NCBI GenBank assembly: GCA_043228905.1
Contig: JBHGNT010000005.1
Location: forward strand, 11,904,001-11,968,000
Length of the DNA: 64,000 bases
Reading direction: 5' to 3'
Source of the DNA: Azolla caroliniana
Lineage: Eukaryota; Plantae; Polypodiophyta
Under the pieces are notes generated by a model, which was not told where the DNA came from, searched no databases, and worked only from the letters and a program-made list of their open reading frames with translations. Numbering within the stretch: the stretch's first letter is position 1; each line of letters begins with the position of its first letter. Below are positions 23,501-37,550 of this stretch, piece by piece. The translations under genes and the position numbers were made by a program.

Positions 23501-26500
23501 CATAAGCATCACAACCAAAGATTTTAAAATGAGATACTGAGGGCTTTACACCTGTAAATGCTTCTTCAAGCGTCATTCCAGCAACTGCTTTTGTTGGGCA
23601 GCAGTTGACGATGTAGACTGTTGTGTTGACAGCTTCACCACAAAACCAGAGAGGAAGATCAGATGGAGATAGCATTGTACGAGCCATCTCTTGGACTGTC
23701 CGGTTCTTCCTTTCCACGACTCCATTTTGTTGAGGGGTATTGGGTGTAGAAAATTGGCGAGCAATGCCTTGTTGAGAGCAGAAATGGTGGAAAGCGTGGG
23801 AGATAAACTTTCCACCATTGTCCGACTTGATCTTTTGAACTTTCTTTGATGTCTCGTTCTCCACGAGAGATACCCATTCTTGAAATTTTGTGAAGGCTTG
23901 GGATTTTTCTACAATAAAATAAACCCAAACCTTGCGGGAGAAATCATCAATTATAAGCATAAAGTAGCGTGCACCACCAAGAGTAGTGGTTTTCATGGAA
24001 CCAGAAAGATCCATGTGTTGCACGGTGAGTGGCTTCATGAGGGAAAGGCTCTCGATGTTGTTTGCCATGAAGACAAGCAACACATGGGGTATTGGGAGAT
24101 TTGAAAATAGGAAGACCCTCAACTAGTTGGGAAGAGGAGAGCTTTTGAAGAGAATCATAGTTGAGATGACCAAACCTAGCATGCTACAACGTGGGATCTT
24201 CTTGTGCCACCAACGTATGAGAGCCTTGAAGAAGATGAGATTTGGACTTTTCCAAGGGGCTACGGGAACTTTTCAGGCGGTATAAACCCCCTTCTTGTGT
24301 GCCACTAGCTACAATTTGTAGGTTGTTGGTGTCAATGACTTTGAAAACTGAGCTATCAAAGTAGACTCCATAACCTTGCTTAGTGATTTGGTAGACTGAA
24401 AGTAGGTTGGTAGAGATGCGAGGCACATGTAGCACATCTTGAAGAATGACAGGTTCTTCATTTGAAGAATTGTTAAGAAACACATTACCCACACATGAAG
24501 CCTCAATGCTTGAGGCATCTCCTATGGAGATTTGGGAGGAGCTAGGCTTCACATCATGCAAAATGGATTTGTCATAGGTCATGTGTGAAGTGGCACCACT
24601 ATCTACTAACCACTCATCAATGGTTGAGGTAGTTGGTCCAGCCAAATGTGAAGTATGTTCCTCAATGCCAAGGAAAACTGTTTCTTTGGCTGAGTGCGTT
24701 GAGTGGGCCGAGTTGGATTTCAGTGTAGGTTGATTTTCGGTAGAAGAAGAGTTCTTAGCATTGTCCCTGTTCTTTTTCCGACAATCTGGCTGAATGTGAC
24801 CTTGTAGCCACAATAATGACAAGTGAGCTCCTTGTAGGCTGGGTTGTTTGATGGTCTTGGATTGGGTTTGTTGTAAGAGTTACCATTTTGCTTCCACTTG
24901 CCTTTACTTGTCGCATGTAGAAGCGTCTCATTGGAAGTTTGAGCACTTTTCTTCCTTGTTGCCCTATCTTGTAGCATACCAAGAAATGTATTCATATGAG
25001 GTGTGTTGGGAAGAAGAGAAATTGTGTCACAAAATGCTGAGAATGACTTAGGCAACTTTATCATTAGACGATGCACAAACTCAACTTCAGTTGACTTGCT
25101 TCCCAAAGAAACTAGTTCCTTTTGGAGAGTAACAAATTGCGTTATTTGATCCATGATGTTGGGAGTGTCATGAATCTTGAGATTAGTTAGTTGGTTCTCA
25201 ATAGCTATCATTTGAGCATGATTAGCTCGATGGTACCTCTTTTTGATGGATGTCCATAGTTCATTGGTTGTCTCTTCATTTGTATCTTGAAATTGACGAG
25301 TGATGCTCGGTTTAATATTAAACATGAGGAAAGCATGGGCACGAGAATCCTTATCTAGCCAAGCTTCAGTCTCGGTGTTAGATGAGCCAGCAACTGATTT
25401 GGTTGAAGAGGATGAAGTTACTGGTGGTTTCTTGTCAGTACCATTGACTACATTCCATAAACGATGGTATTGTAGCAAGGTCTTTATTTGTAGCTCCCAA
25501 TCCAAGTAATTGCTCCCATCCAAGATGGACTCTTTGGGGAGTTGGGGAATGGTTGATGAAACAATGGTGGCATGTAAGGCCATGGATATCCTCCTCTTGA
25601 GCTACAACTGGACAATTTTCAGCAGTTGTAAGTAGATGCTCAGGGTCTCTCTACTTCTCCCTAGATGCTAGGTGAGGCTCAGATGAGGGGAAAAGAAAAA
25701 AGAACTTCCTTTGTAGGTTGGGAGGGTGGCTGCTAAGAGAATCTCCTCTATAGGGTTGGGAGGGATAAAAGAAGATAGGTCTGTGTGCTCTTTGGCAAAA
25801 AAAATCAGGCTGAGGATATGGAGACCTCACTGCTCTAATACCATGTGAGAAATGTTGTTAATAGCAGCAGCGGAAGAGTTAGAACAAAATAGACACAACC
25901 AAGCTGTGAGAAGGCTGTTGGACAGCAGTAGAAAAAAAGGTTGCAAAGAGTAGAGACACAGCCAAAGAGTTGTGCTTGTTTGTAAGTAGCAGCAGAAAAT
26001 AATCTTATTACAAAAGAGGCTGTTATAAGCCTATTTATACAAAATTGGGAATGGTTGTTTGGTAGTTAAGAGACTCTTGTACTACCAAACAGGTACAATA
26101 AACTAGGAATAATAAGGGAATATCTTGGAAAAAGTGGAAGAGACAAAAGGCATTTAAAGCATTGCAGATTCTAGAGAGAGAAGGCATTTAAAGAGTTGCA
26201 GATTCTAGAGAGAGAAGAATGTGGGAAGAGAGAGAATGTAGTACAGAGATAATAAAGAGAGTGCAAGTCTGGAGCTGCCACCCTCCAACATGTAGTCCCT
26301 CCGGAGAGTCAGAAATCAGCACAATGTCATCAGCATATAGTAATATTTGTATAGCTGTGGCATTTCTTACATTTTGTGGTGTAAAGAAGGTTGATTCATG
26401 TGGGCGTGAGCCATTCGGGTGGGGAAGAGGAGGTTGCCCCGGGATATCATATAGAACCTTCGCATATTCATGCCACACTTGAGGTGAGGTCAGTTGTGTG

Positions 26501-28529
26501 GCGGGTTGCCTCTCATTAAACATTTTCCATGCTCTTTTACTCTCTTGCCCTAGGAACAAGCGATACAAATGATCTTCAAATTTAGACAAATACAATCTCT
26601 TCTTCTTCCTTACGAGGCGTTGGAAGGTTGCTCTTGCTTGGTTGTGTGTATAAATGCTCCAAGTTACTTCACGCTGCAAGCATCTCCTTGTATCACGACA
26701 TTCCTCATCATACCAACTATTTTGTATTACTCTACCAAGTTTGGGGGGATTGGCCGTTGTGTGAGGGAAGGCATTTGTGGTTGCTTTATGCAATGATTTG
26801 GACAATCCTTGGGTAAGTTCTTCAAGGGGCGCGGAAGGATCAAAATCTAGCATTCCATTGTATAAACCACAACTATACACATCAATTGTCTTGCGAGTAA
26901 ATAGATACTTAGCCAGCCCACTCTCCTTAGCATATACATCCTTTGTGCATCCATCCTTTACCTCGAAGCGTAGATATGCATGATCTGCTGCCAAGCCAAT
27001 AGGTCTACCCAATATAGTGAACACTTTTATTTCAGGTATAAGAGATGGAGATCCCATTAGATAGTCAACTGTGCTTGCACCCCCTTTTGGGTTCCAACAT
27101 GTCAAAGCATCTGATCCAGGCCATTGTAACAAGCCATTATATATCACAAATCCATGCGCACTTCCCAAGGCTAGAAAGTGTTTTCCATATTCAGTTATAG
27201 CACCCATATCTTGAGCTTGTCGCTTTAGACCAACCTCTTTTGCCATAACTTCTCCATAAACAGCCTCGTTGGTGTTAAACATAGTTGTTTGTTCATCCTT
27301 GGTTCGTGCATTAAAATCTCCTAATAGTATAATGTCCCCCATAGTAGCAAATCTTATGATATCATCATAAAGAGGTAGATATGGTGATTCACCTAGAGGT
27401 GCAAACCTTGAGTAAGCAGGTGGAAAGTAGCAAATTGCAATATATAACTCCTTAAGATCCCCTCTTTTTATTCGTATCCACATGTAGCGTGCATCTACAT
27501 CCTTATGGGCAACATGCACTCTATCATGAAACTCCTTTTTGTATAGCACAACCACTTATCCCGAACCTCTAGTGCTTCCTCGTGTCCGAGGTTGGGGGCG
27601 ACATATTGACTCCCATCTATATCCTTGTACCTCGGGGAGTTTGCTAGCCATGCATTGGTGAGTCTCTGTATACATAGCAATATTTGTGTTTTTCAATGTA
27701 TCTTCAAAATATCCGACATCTGTCTGTAGAGAGCCGTTGCAATTCCATATGGTCATGCGGAGGGTCTCATAGGCCATATATCGTGATGCGGTTCTCTTCT
27801 CTGTAATAATGACCTTGCCATCTCTATATACGGCCCATTTTCCTTCCTTTCTTGCACCTTTCTTGCATCAAGCACTCGTGGCATGTTTTCTTTGCGGTGT
27901 GCCACTTGGGCTGGAGTGAGATCGTCATCTAAGTATATTTTTTCACCCTTGAGTGCCTTTCTTTTAGAGAGGAAAGCTTTCTTCTTGTCAATATCCATGA
28001 AGCGGATGATAAGGGCTTTAGCTCTAGACTCATCTCTTCCTACCCTCCACGCAGAAAGAAAGAAATATTAACGTCTTTTAAGAGGCCAAAATGGCCTATA
28101 AGACCAAATAAGAGATTACATCTTGAGTGTTGTCTCGTCTTTGAGAACAAATCAAAATAAAATAAATACTACACAGTAAATATGAAAGTAAATAAGATGA
28201 AAAAAGAAGAAACGAGGGAATCTGGTTTTTGGCACATGTGAGATTCTCAAGTTAGGTATATTGTAGCTTTTGTCTTCGAAAGATCTCTAGCATAGGTCGA
28301 TCCAGAATGGAAATGTCTCAGAAGTGAGGGAAGCACCTACGATGGCGGGAGATAATGGCTTTGATTTGTCGATGACAAGGGTTCCGAGGTCGTGGTCCAT
28401 GGGAGCGGGGCCTACGTGCACGGCAAATTGCTATTGCCCGATCAATTGTAACCCCTTCGTTATGTCCTAGTTTGGAGCCCATTTGTGTATCCCGTGATGG
28501 ACTTGTAGCATTAGTAGGAGTGATGGGGC

Positions 28530-28566
<37 letters not shown>

Positions 28567-31500
28567 AAGTCATCCTTTCTCCATGTATGGATCAGTAAAC
28601 TTATTAAAGATGTTGATCAAACTTGAATGTGGTTCCAATTTTTTCTTCAGTCATAGTTTGTGATTCATAGATCAAATGAACTTACGAATGAAATCGATTA
28701 ATCCTGAAATGATACCATGTTCTTCCTTCAATCACAGTCATAATACAGTGATTTCATGCTCATTGTTGTGCATCACATTGATTTAATTATTGTTTTGCCA
28801 TCTTGCATAGAACATGTAAACGATTGATTTCGAAAATGGTTGCATTATCTTCCTTCATGGTTATGATTTAATGATTTGATTTCCTTTTGCCATATTGTGT
28901 ACATCAAGTCAAACTGTGAAATAAATTGATTGGTTTTGAAATTTGCTCCATTTTTTCTTCTTTCCATCATGGGTCTCTAATTCTTTAACCCTCAGAATGA
29001 GGTTATGCATATAATGATGGCTTACTGGAGCAATAATTTATTTTACCTGCTACAAATTTGCAAAGGTGTAAATTTTGCTGGCTAAAGATACAGTAAAATA
29101 GCATCCCAAAATCTTTGATCTTATCTTGACTGGTAAAGTTCTATTAGTTAAGTTTCATAAAATAGTTTTTGTTAAAAGTTTAGAAATAAGAACTGGTGTG
29201 TATGCAAAAATACCTGTGAATATCTTGAATAGTAGATATTTTAATTGGTTGGAAGCAAGGTTCTTCATCAGCCCCGCAATAATCCTCGCATGAGTATAGT
29301 TGCAGTGAATCATAATACATCTTTGGGTTTATAAATGAAGGTTAAGTATATTAGATTTTGAAGGCCAAGATAATACTAGTGATAGTGAGCAATACAAGAA
29401 CCTAAAACCACTTCTTCTCAATTATAGAGACTGTTCTTCCATTGAATGCATTTGAAGTTAAGAGCTCTAGGTATCCATAGTTGGGATATGTATTAGATTG
29501 GTTCCATTTACATGTGTCATCACATATTCTTGGTCTTGTACTATGACCGAAAGCAAGGCAGAAAGGTAAACCAATAACCTAGTGACTCATAATCCTCTCT
29601 CCATTTCCATAGATTTGGATTACTGTTGAACAAGAAAACCTTTTGTACCTACATGAAAAGGTTCCGATGCAATACTACTTGAATCAAAAAGTTGTTCAGA
29701 GAATATTTATGCCAGGTGACTTCCTACATATTTAACTAATTGGATTTGTGTAAATCTTAGTTTTATCATCAAACATGTGCCCTGAAAAGAGCTTGAGTAT
29801 AGAGATTCCTAAGAAAATGCTGAAGAGGAGAAAGTATAGTTTCTAGCTCTTCCTCATTTCTACAGGTGAAATTCTTCGAAGAACTGATTTGAGTTGTATC
29901 ATTGATTCTTTACAAGGATGGGTGACTGAAGTGCAGTGGTATTCTGTTCTTGCTGTTGAGAAATTTTTGCTGTCTAGCATTATCTTTATTTTAACTTTTG
30001 TTGGTTACATCTGGAAGAACAGGAAGCTGCATCCAAAGGAGTGAACTTTCTAAGTTTACCAGAGTGTTTCTCATTTATTGGCTCAAGGGAAGGGGAGGCT
30101 TTATCAATTGCCGAACCTTTGGATGGTCCTATATTGCAGAAATATAAAGAACTTGCAAGGCAGGGATTTTCAATTTCTTTCAGTCATAATTTGATGATAG
30201 CAGCCAGCTCTTTTATTGTGCATATGAGTGCTTTTCCTTCAAAAATTTTAGGAAATGTTTCCCTTTGGTTGTTTGACTCTCATTTAAGGCTACAGATACT
30301 TAGTGTTATAATTTGGTACACTTTTTTTGTGTGCAAAAGCTATATCTATATTACTGGTGAATGGCCAAAAGGCTCAAGTGGGAACTTGCAAGAGAATTTG
30401 AAGCACAACAGTTCTGCAATATGCTCTATTACCCATACATACACTTTCTCTCACCTTCTTGTGTTAGAAATATTGAGAATCGATTAGATAGGTATATAGA
30501 GTTACAATTACAAAGATGGATATAGGAAAACAAAACTTCTATTACATATGAGAGTAGCTCACAATGGTAGTTTACCCATGTGCTCACACCTTAGAGCTTA
30601 GATAGGATATGGACCAGCTCACTACAAAATTAGTGGGGACTGATGATCGATCCAACCACTGTGTAAGAAAGTGGATTATATTCTATGTTTGGTCTGAGTA
30701 TAACATTAAATGTGCAAGTCAGTTGATAGTAGTGGAGATATTCCTTTTTTGTCAACTGACTTGTCATTTAATATGACCCAATTCCCTAGATATAGACGTG
30801 CTAGATAGTACTTATCTTGAAGTCAATGTCACATACTTCAAGACTAAGTACATCGTACCTTGCCCACAAAATATTCTAGTTGACTTGATTAGCCAATCCT
30901 ATTACCTATTTCGCTCTTTCCTAAATACATTGTGTCCTACACATCTACGGTTTCCTAGATTAACACCTTATCAACCCATATGGTCGAGTTGCACACTAGC
31001 CACTCCTCATTGGGGGCACTATCACAAAATGTGCACTCTAAGAGCACATATGGGGATATATTTACAACTTCAGGCTGATCATTGATTATAACTAACATCT
31101 TGGACAGATATGTCCGAAGATGTCTACATGCATTCGTGATTTAGATATGCCACTACTGTAGTTGAGATTCAATAGATACAGTACACTTATCCAATATTTC
31201 TTGCAGACAAGCTGGTCTTTGGCTTTCGTTGGGAGGTTTTCAAGAGAAATGTCCAGATGGATCTCGGCTTTTCAATACACACATTATCTTGGACAATCTT
31301 GGTAACATAAATAGCTGCTATCAAAAAATCCATTTGTGAGTCCCATTATTCAATTTCTTTATGAAACAAAATATCGTGTTGAAGAAAGAGAGGATGCCAT
31401 GTTCGAAGAGTTTTGTTTTGGTTATTGCAGATTTGATGTTGATGTACCAGGAGGACCTGTACTCCAAGAAAGCAAATTCACTGCGTCAGGTATAACTTAT

Positions 31501-33598
31501 CTGTTTGTGGTTTTCTTTTCTGTCTGTGTGTTTCTGTACCTTTATATTGTCTGGAAAAGCTTCGTGTACGTACACTTCCTGTTTTTGTAACAGGGTCAGA
31601 TCTTGTGGTGGCCGATAGTCCAATAGGTAAACTAGGTTTGAGTGTCTGCTATGACCTTCGGTTTCCAGAAATGTATCAGCAACTTCGTTTCAAAAAGGAC
31701 GCAGAGGTTTCTTACATTTTCCTTGTGATTTTCCTGTGAAATACTATGGTTTTTCTCTAAAATGACTTTTGTATTTTCTAGATCTTACTGGTTCCATCAG
31801 CTTTCACGAAGGTAACTGGAGCTGCCCATTGGGAGATCCTTCTTCGTGCTAGAGCTGTGGAAACACAATGCTATGTGAGTACATAATATCTCTGCAAGTG
31901 GCCTTCATCTTATATTTTTATGTTCTATTAATTATATGTTAGAATTCAAATAATAATGTTGTCTTGTTTAGTGTCGTGTTTAGTACATGAGTTAATAATT
32001 CATTCATCATATCAGTTCAAATCAGCATATTCTATTCAAACAGGTTAAATTAGAACTTGGGCTAGGATACAAAGATTTGTTTTCCATGAAGCCAGGGGTC
32101 CTCCATACAGAAACATTTTGATCTGTTTGTATTTCATAGGAACATAAATACGAGATTTTGCTATTAGTACAAAATCTTCTCTGCTTTACTCTACATTAGG
32201 TTTATTCTTTGCAGGGTATGATCCAAGGCTGGCATATATGTATATTATATCACAACTTCGATTTTTCTGTTGTGTGAGGTGGATGAATCGTGAGCTCAGG
32301 TTCATACTGGAAAACTGCAGACATTGTATATCTAATCCCTGTCCTGAATTTGTCATTTATCTAAAGGTCTTCTTTTCATGGGAGCCTGTTTGGGGCTGGC
32401 AAGGTCGCCTTGGCTCATAAAACACCATCTGGTAATGAAGATTCCTGTGGATAATCCACGATAGCATCCTGACTAGTGATCTCTCTATGTGTGTTCATCT
32501 GTGGGCTCACTGTTCCAGTGCTGAGATCACTGAGAGGTGGTCATGTTAGGAATGTTGACATGGCAAAGTATCCTGGTATGCATGGTCATTCCTCGTGTGC
32601 ACATGTAAGGATAATAAGAAATAAAGTTATTGAAACCTAAAATAAAGAAAACACCTGATATGTAGACTGGAAGAGGCTAAATCAATAGCTTCTCTAGAAT
32701 GACTGGTTACCCTACTCAAGAGGGGGATATTGCACTGCACATGTTAAATAGCCTCAGGTTGTTTTTAAATAATGCGATATGCCATATGTCTGTGAATGGA
32801 TCGGCCTACCTGTATGAGTCGCTGGTTGCATTACCACTACCCAGAGGGTGATGTCTCACAAATTAAATATCCTCCTATTGTGTTTGCCTAATGCTATGCA
32901 CCATATGTCTCTGTATTGTGTCCAGTTGTGTTTGCATGATACCTTTATCTATCATAACTACTGATGCATGGTCAAAAGTCCATGGATTGATGTCCCCAGG
33001 TAATTGCTGCCGCGCAGACTGGAAAACATAATGAGAAGCGAGAGAGCTATGGAGATGCTATGATAGTTGATCCTTGGGGTACTGTGATTGGTCGTTGTAA
33101 AGGTATTACAATTTTTAATTTATTCCCTGAAGCATCTTGAATAATTTATATTTAGAAGCATCTTTTGAAACTTGCACATGATGTGAAGTAATATGAAGCC
33201 TTAGGGAAACAAGTTTCCATTAAAATCTTTTGAAACTACTAGGCAGACACGTAGCCCAGACTATATCAGCTCATAATTCTTTTCTGAGAGTTAAAATGTA
33301 TATGATTAACAGTGCTGTGAATATAATGGACAGATCGTCTATGCACGGGTTTAGCAGTTGCTGAAGTGGACCTTAGCCGTTTGAGTTCAGTAAGGACACG
33401 GATGCCAATATCTGAGGTACCAATGGCTTCTTATATGTTCTGCGACAGCACATCTAATATTTGGGAATATGATAGTTTTTACAATATGTGTGCACTGATA
33501 TTTCCTTTGCTATGGCACTGATAATTTCTTTGCTACAGCATCGGAGATACGACATATATGGGTGCAATGAAAAGGCATTGACCGGCAGTATGCTCTAG
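20544..33598 (+). CDS. NLP2: Nitrilase-superfamily Nit1/NLP2-type deaminated glutathione amidase; exons 20544-20762, 30023-30159, 31207-31335, 31431-31489, 31594-31706, 31782-31874, 33000-33102, 33334-33416, 33539-33598
   Basis: Spliced frame is open: KVAAAQLTS...LPECFSFIG...[14 protein letters not shown]...[10 protein letters not shown]...[22 protein letters not shown]...IVDPWG; Glu-Lys-Cys triad intact; intron phases consistent; intron 2 is GC-AG. Confidence 0.93.
20591..20636 (+). repeat. (CCATCG)n coding microsatellite encoding poly(Ser-Pro)
   Basis: ATCGCC repeated ~7.5 times in exon 1. Confidence 0.9.
21250..28050 (-). mobile_element. Non-LTR retrotransposon (LINE, RTE/RTEX-like) in Nit1 intron 1; 5'-truncated, RT largely deleted, split by copia
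   Basis: ORF1 end ([11 protein letters not shown], 27753-28050); APE endonuclease (WNCNG, GDFNART, DYLM, ADH); YADDIV; after removing the copia the frame continues EGL|QRHLSAL...YLGVTF...LLYGVETWG; 3' end approximate. Confidence 0.85.
21896..26290 (-). mobile_element. Ty1/copia LTR retrotransposon, internally deleted (no RT C-terminus or RNase H)
   Basis: LTRs 21896-22368 and 25844-26290; perfect TSD TGTAG (21891-21895, 26291-26295); PBS TGGTATTAGAGC; gag 24720-25583, [16 protein letters not shown] 23277-24122, partial RT. Confidence 0.95.
28055..28563. repeat. Dispersed repeat ending in (AG)n; inverted second copy at 36658-36910
   Basis: 28055-28286 aligns to the reverse complement of 36690-36910. 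Confidence 0.75.
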
Positions 33599-36500
33599 TA
33601 GAGTTCATCATTATAATGGATGCTGTTAACTTACAATTGATTAATAAACCTCTGGAATATTTATCGACTTGGTGGTATTTTGTTATGATTGATTTATGAG
33701 AACTTAAAAGCTGGGCTAATGAACAACTGAATAAAACAATGTTGTAATGATTTTTCCTCAATCATCATAAGTTCTTTATACCATTTCTTGCTATAGTATT
33801 ATTATTTTTGTTTTGCATTCAATTATTTGAGCTTGTTTATCCTAAAAGAAGAATATTGTACAATATGGGGTATTACATTTTTCTATTAATATTTACTGCT
33901 GCGGCACATTCATGTGTATAACATGAGGGAGTGAGGCAGATATTTGGGGGATGCCCACACAGCCAACTGTCCTGAGATGGGGTGTTTATCAAGTCTTCTG
34001 ATGATGATGCCAATGACTATTCAATATCAGTGGAAAATATTGTGGAATGTCTTTGATGAACTTCTTGAGGTTTTATGAGGTCTCTACATGGGATTATCTT
34101 TTTCGGAAGATTAATTTGTACATGGCCTTGCTTCATGTTATAGCCTTTTTTATCATTTATATAGATACGAGAAATAATGGACAACAAACACTGCATAACA
34201 ATTGAGTGGCTATGGAACTCCTAAATTGTATGGAATGGTTATCCTAGACCTCATACTGTGTCAAGATACAATGTCTGTTAAGTGTCAGTCTCTCAAAGAT
34301 ATACCATAATGAATCCCCGTGCATTTCATTTTATGACAATGTCTTCATCAAACTGCTGTACTCTTTCCGAGGCTGCTCTGTGATATTTTTGATAATGTTC
34401 CTGTTTCACCTAATCTCTTTCATGATATTCCATTCTTTTATTGTATTCTTCTCATTGAGATAATCAAATAACCCTCAGTCCTTGCTTTTCTTCTCAATAA
34501 GATCATAATGTGAACTTTTTGTTATGCAAAAGTAAGTTCATTTCATTTATTGTTACCACCCTTTACTAGGATTTGTTCTTTGAAATCCCATTGGTTAAGT
34601 ACTTCCCTGGAGGTAGGCACTGATAAATGACAATATGTGTTCGCTGAAATGCATCTTTTATTGATTCTACAGGGTCAAATGATTTTAGGGAAATGCCCAA
34701 GTTGTTCTTTATGAGCTCAATGCCCCTGAATTTCCATCATTTTGAAATGCCCTTTGTCAATTCCTGAAAGATAAAAACGGAATAAATTGATGTCTAATTG
34801 TTCTTATGGGATTTGACAAAGGACGTTTGGGGACAGTTTCCAGAGTTTCACCTGTCATTTTATGGTTTAGTCCCAGGAGGATGGCAAAACCTAACCTAAT
34901 TTTCCTTTGATTAAGAAAGAATGTCAAGGGTAGTTCTCCTTGAAAGAAATTTCAGATATAGTGCCATGTATAAGATTTTGGGATGCGGTGTGCATTGTAT
35001 ACAACGCAATTTGATGCATTTTCCAGGCATCTTAATGTTTTCTATGGTTATTATTTACTGGCTAACCTTCATGTGGAGATGTTAGGGTTATTGACTCTCA
35101 ATCTTAATCTGATTGTGTGTTTGATCCATTAGGACCACTATCTAGGTATTGGCATTATGTATGATAAACTACCTTGGTGGATTGTTTGACTGCCATCTCC
35201 AGATGCTATTTTGATCTGAATGCATCTTCGGCAGCCACTATCTCCCCTTCGATGTACAGTTCTTGGTTTTTTATTAGGTGACTTCTATATTGTGTGTTTG
35301 ACCCTAAACCCTAAACCCTAAACTGAATTTTCCATATCTGCAGTCATTGTTTGCTTTGGATATAGACGACACATTGATGCTATTTTTTTTGTCATAATAT
35401 ATATTGCATAATGTGTTACGTGTACAGCGTGCCATTGATGATACCACAAAGCTTGTCATGATATAAGCAGACATTGAAGAATCTTATGATCACACATCAT
35501 TGGTATGCATATCTTAGCCTTTTCATGTTTGAGCTTTTGGCCAAACGATCTCTAACTTACGCTATGAAGTGGGTGATACTTTCGTATTCCTGCAGGATTC
35601 TCAACCTAAATTTTGAACACAATTGCACCCCTGGCCTCTATTTTCCTCCCCGTCTTTGAGCTGAATTTTAATTTATGAATCTCCAATTTTGATTTGCTGT
35701 GCAGAGACTTTGGAAACTTTAAGTTAGACTGGTAGCGTGGTTTATAAAACGCACATTTGTTTTTTTGCTGTTCGGGCTATCGTCTGGGTTCATATTTTTC
35801 CAATTAAAAGATTCATATGAAGGTCTCCATCCCAAGTCCGTCCATTGCATAATCCAATTAATGGCCACACATACGATCATAACTTGGTATTATCTCTTCT
35901 TTCTCCTTTTTCTCGTTGTGGTTACCTTAACCTTGAAGAATTCAGATCAAGTGATTACATGAGTCAAGGTTCGATCTGGAAAAAGTTAGGGGATGTGAAG
36001 GGGCAAACGGATTTTATGACCCATCTTACCACTCCTATGAGAATGGTTGCCGTAGCCACTAATGGATATCAGCCTTTGTATGATTGACTGCTGTTGATCT
36101 CTCTTCTAAACCTTTTCTTTATTCCTTGAACCTTTGGGTATTCACCATGGTAATGGATTATGGACACTTCAAAGATTTGTTCGTTAATACTCTTATAACA
36201 CCTTGTCTCTTCTTGAACAAATGCTTCATCTCTCCTCCCTCTTGAATGCCTTGTGATTCTTGCCAAATGGGAAAGTCTTTCCAGACAGAACTCGTTTCTT
36301 CACAAGTGGTGCACTAGGAAGGTGGTTATGATGTAAGAAGGCAACTCGATCATATAGCTATATTTTCACTTATGGGCTACATGGTTTAGCTGCTTTTCAG
36401 CCATTTTCAATTGGAGCAAGGTCTCTAATAATGGAGAATGCGGACCCCACAAGCATCCAGAATTTGCATGTTGTTACAGGTTTGTAATCTATTGGTGTCT

Positions 36501-36652
36501 AAATGAGGATAAGAGATCTGAAAGGGCATGAGGGCAATGCATGAATGAACCTTCTGAGTTCATGGGTTTTGCCCTAAGAGGGCTATGTACATAAGAAAGC
36601 ACACATTGTAAGCACGAGAGGGAAGAACCAATCATTTTACCGATCAAGAAGT

Positions 36653-36657
<5 letters not shown>

Positions 36658-36691
<34 letters not shown>

Positions 36692-36910
36692 AGACAAAAG
36701 TTACAATATATCTCACTTGAGAATCTCACACGTGCCAAAAACTGGATTCCCTTGTCTGTTTTTATCTTATTTACTTTTATATTTACTAAGTAATGCTTAT
36801 TCTATTTTGATTTGTTGTTCTCAAAGACGAGACAACACTTACAATGTAATCTCTTGTTTGGTATTATAGGCCATTTTGGCCTCTTAAAAGGCGTCAATAT
36901 CTCTCTCTTC
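36658..36910. repeat. Dispersed repeat, inverted relative to 28055-28563
   Basis: (CT)n followed by AAGACAAAAGTTACAATATA...GGCCATTTTGGCCTCTTAAAAG. Confidence 0.75.
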
Positions 36911-37333
36911 TTGGAATCTTTTTCTTCCTAAATGTAGCAATAATGGTGGTGGTGGGCCTCATGGTTTCACCCCTCTTAAATCTGGGGGGAGATTAGTTTT
37001 CGGAAAAAATAAGGCAATGATTAAAATGCAACAATAATCAGATGTACTTGTTGAATTCATGGGAGAGAAGCACTTCTGATTGGGTTTTGTATAGGGCATG
37101 AATAATGCGATTTAGAGAAAAGCATTCATGGACACCTAATATGCTGGTCTTGCACAAGTGTGGTATAATAGCACCAACTTGGTGGCCATATGATTGGTTG
37201 TGCAAGGTGTTTGAAACATATCACTGGTTGCACTTGGATTTTATTGTTAATGTTTCCAGATCTAGCTGATGGCAAAACATGCTACTTTTTGTAAATAGCA
37301 AGACTATGCTTTTCATCATGTGTGTATGTGTGA

Positions 37334-37550
37334 GTCCAGATGGATGTAGCTTAGCTTGGTAAGGTTGCCCAATGGAGACCAGGGGGTCATGAGTTCAACA
37401 ACCCCTACATTCCATAGTGGCATTAATCTAGTATAGAAAATTAAGAGGATACTCTAATTACTATGGAGTAATAGAGAGGCGAGAAAATTGGGTCTCCTCC
37501 AACCCAAGACCTAGGGCTAGTAATAGTATAATAACCTACCACTACATAAG
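37334..37550 (+). mobile_element. tRNA-like short interspersed element
   Basis: GGATGTAGCTTAGCTTGGTAAGG (A box)...GAGTTCAA (B box); homologous copy at 60119-60329 on the minus strand. Confidence 0.7.

Noticed and set aside
32430-32480. Intronic C/D-box snoRNA
   Set aside because: Imperfect C box, too short, no terminal stem.
37334-37420. Functional tRNA gene
   Set aside because: No convincing cloverleaf, and it is part of a dispersed element with an inserted copy at 60119-60329.
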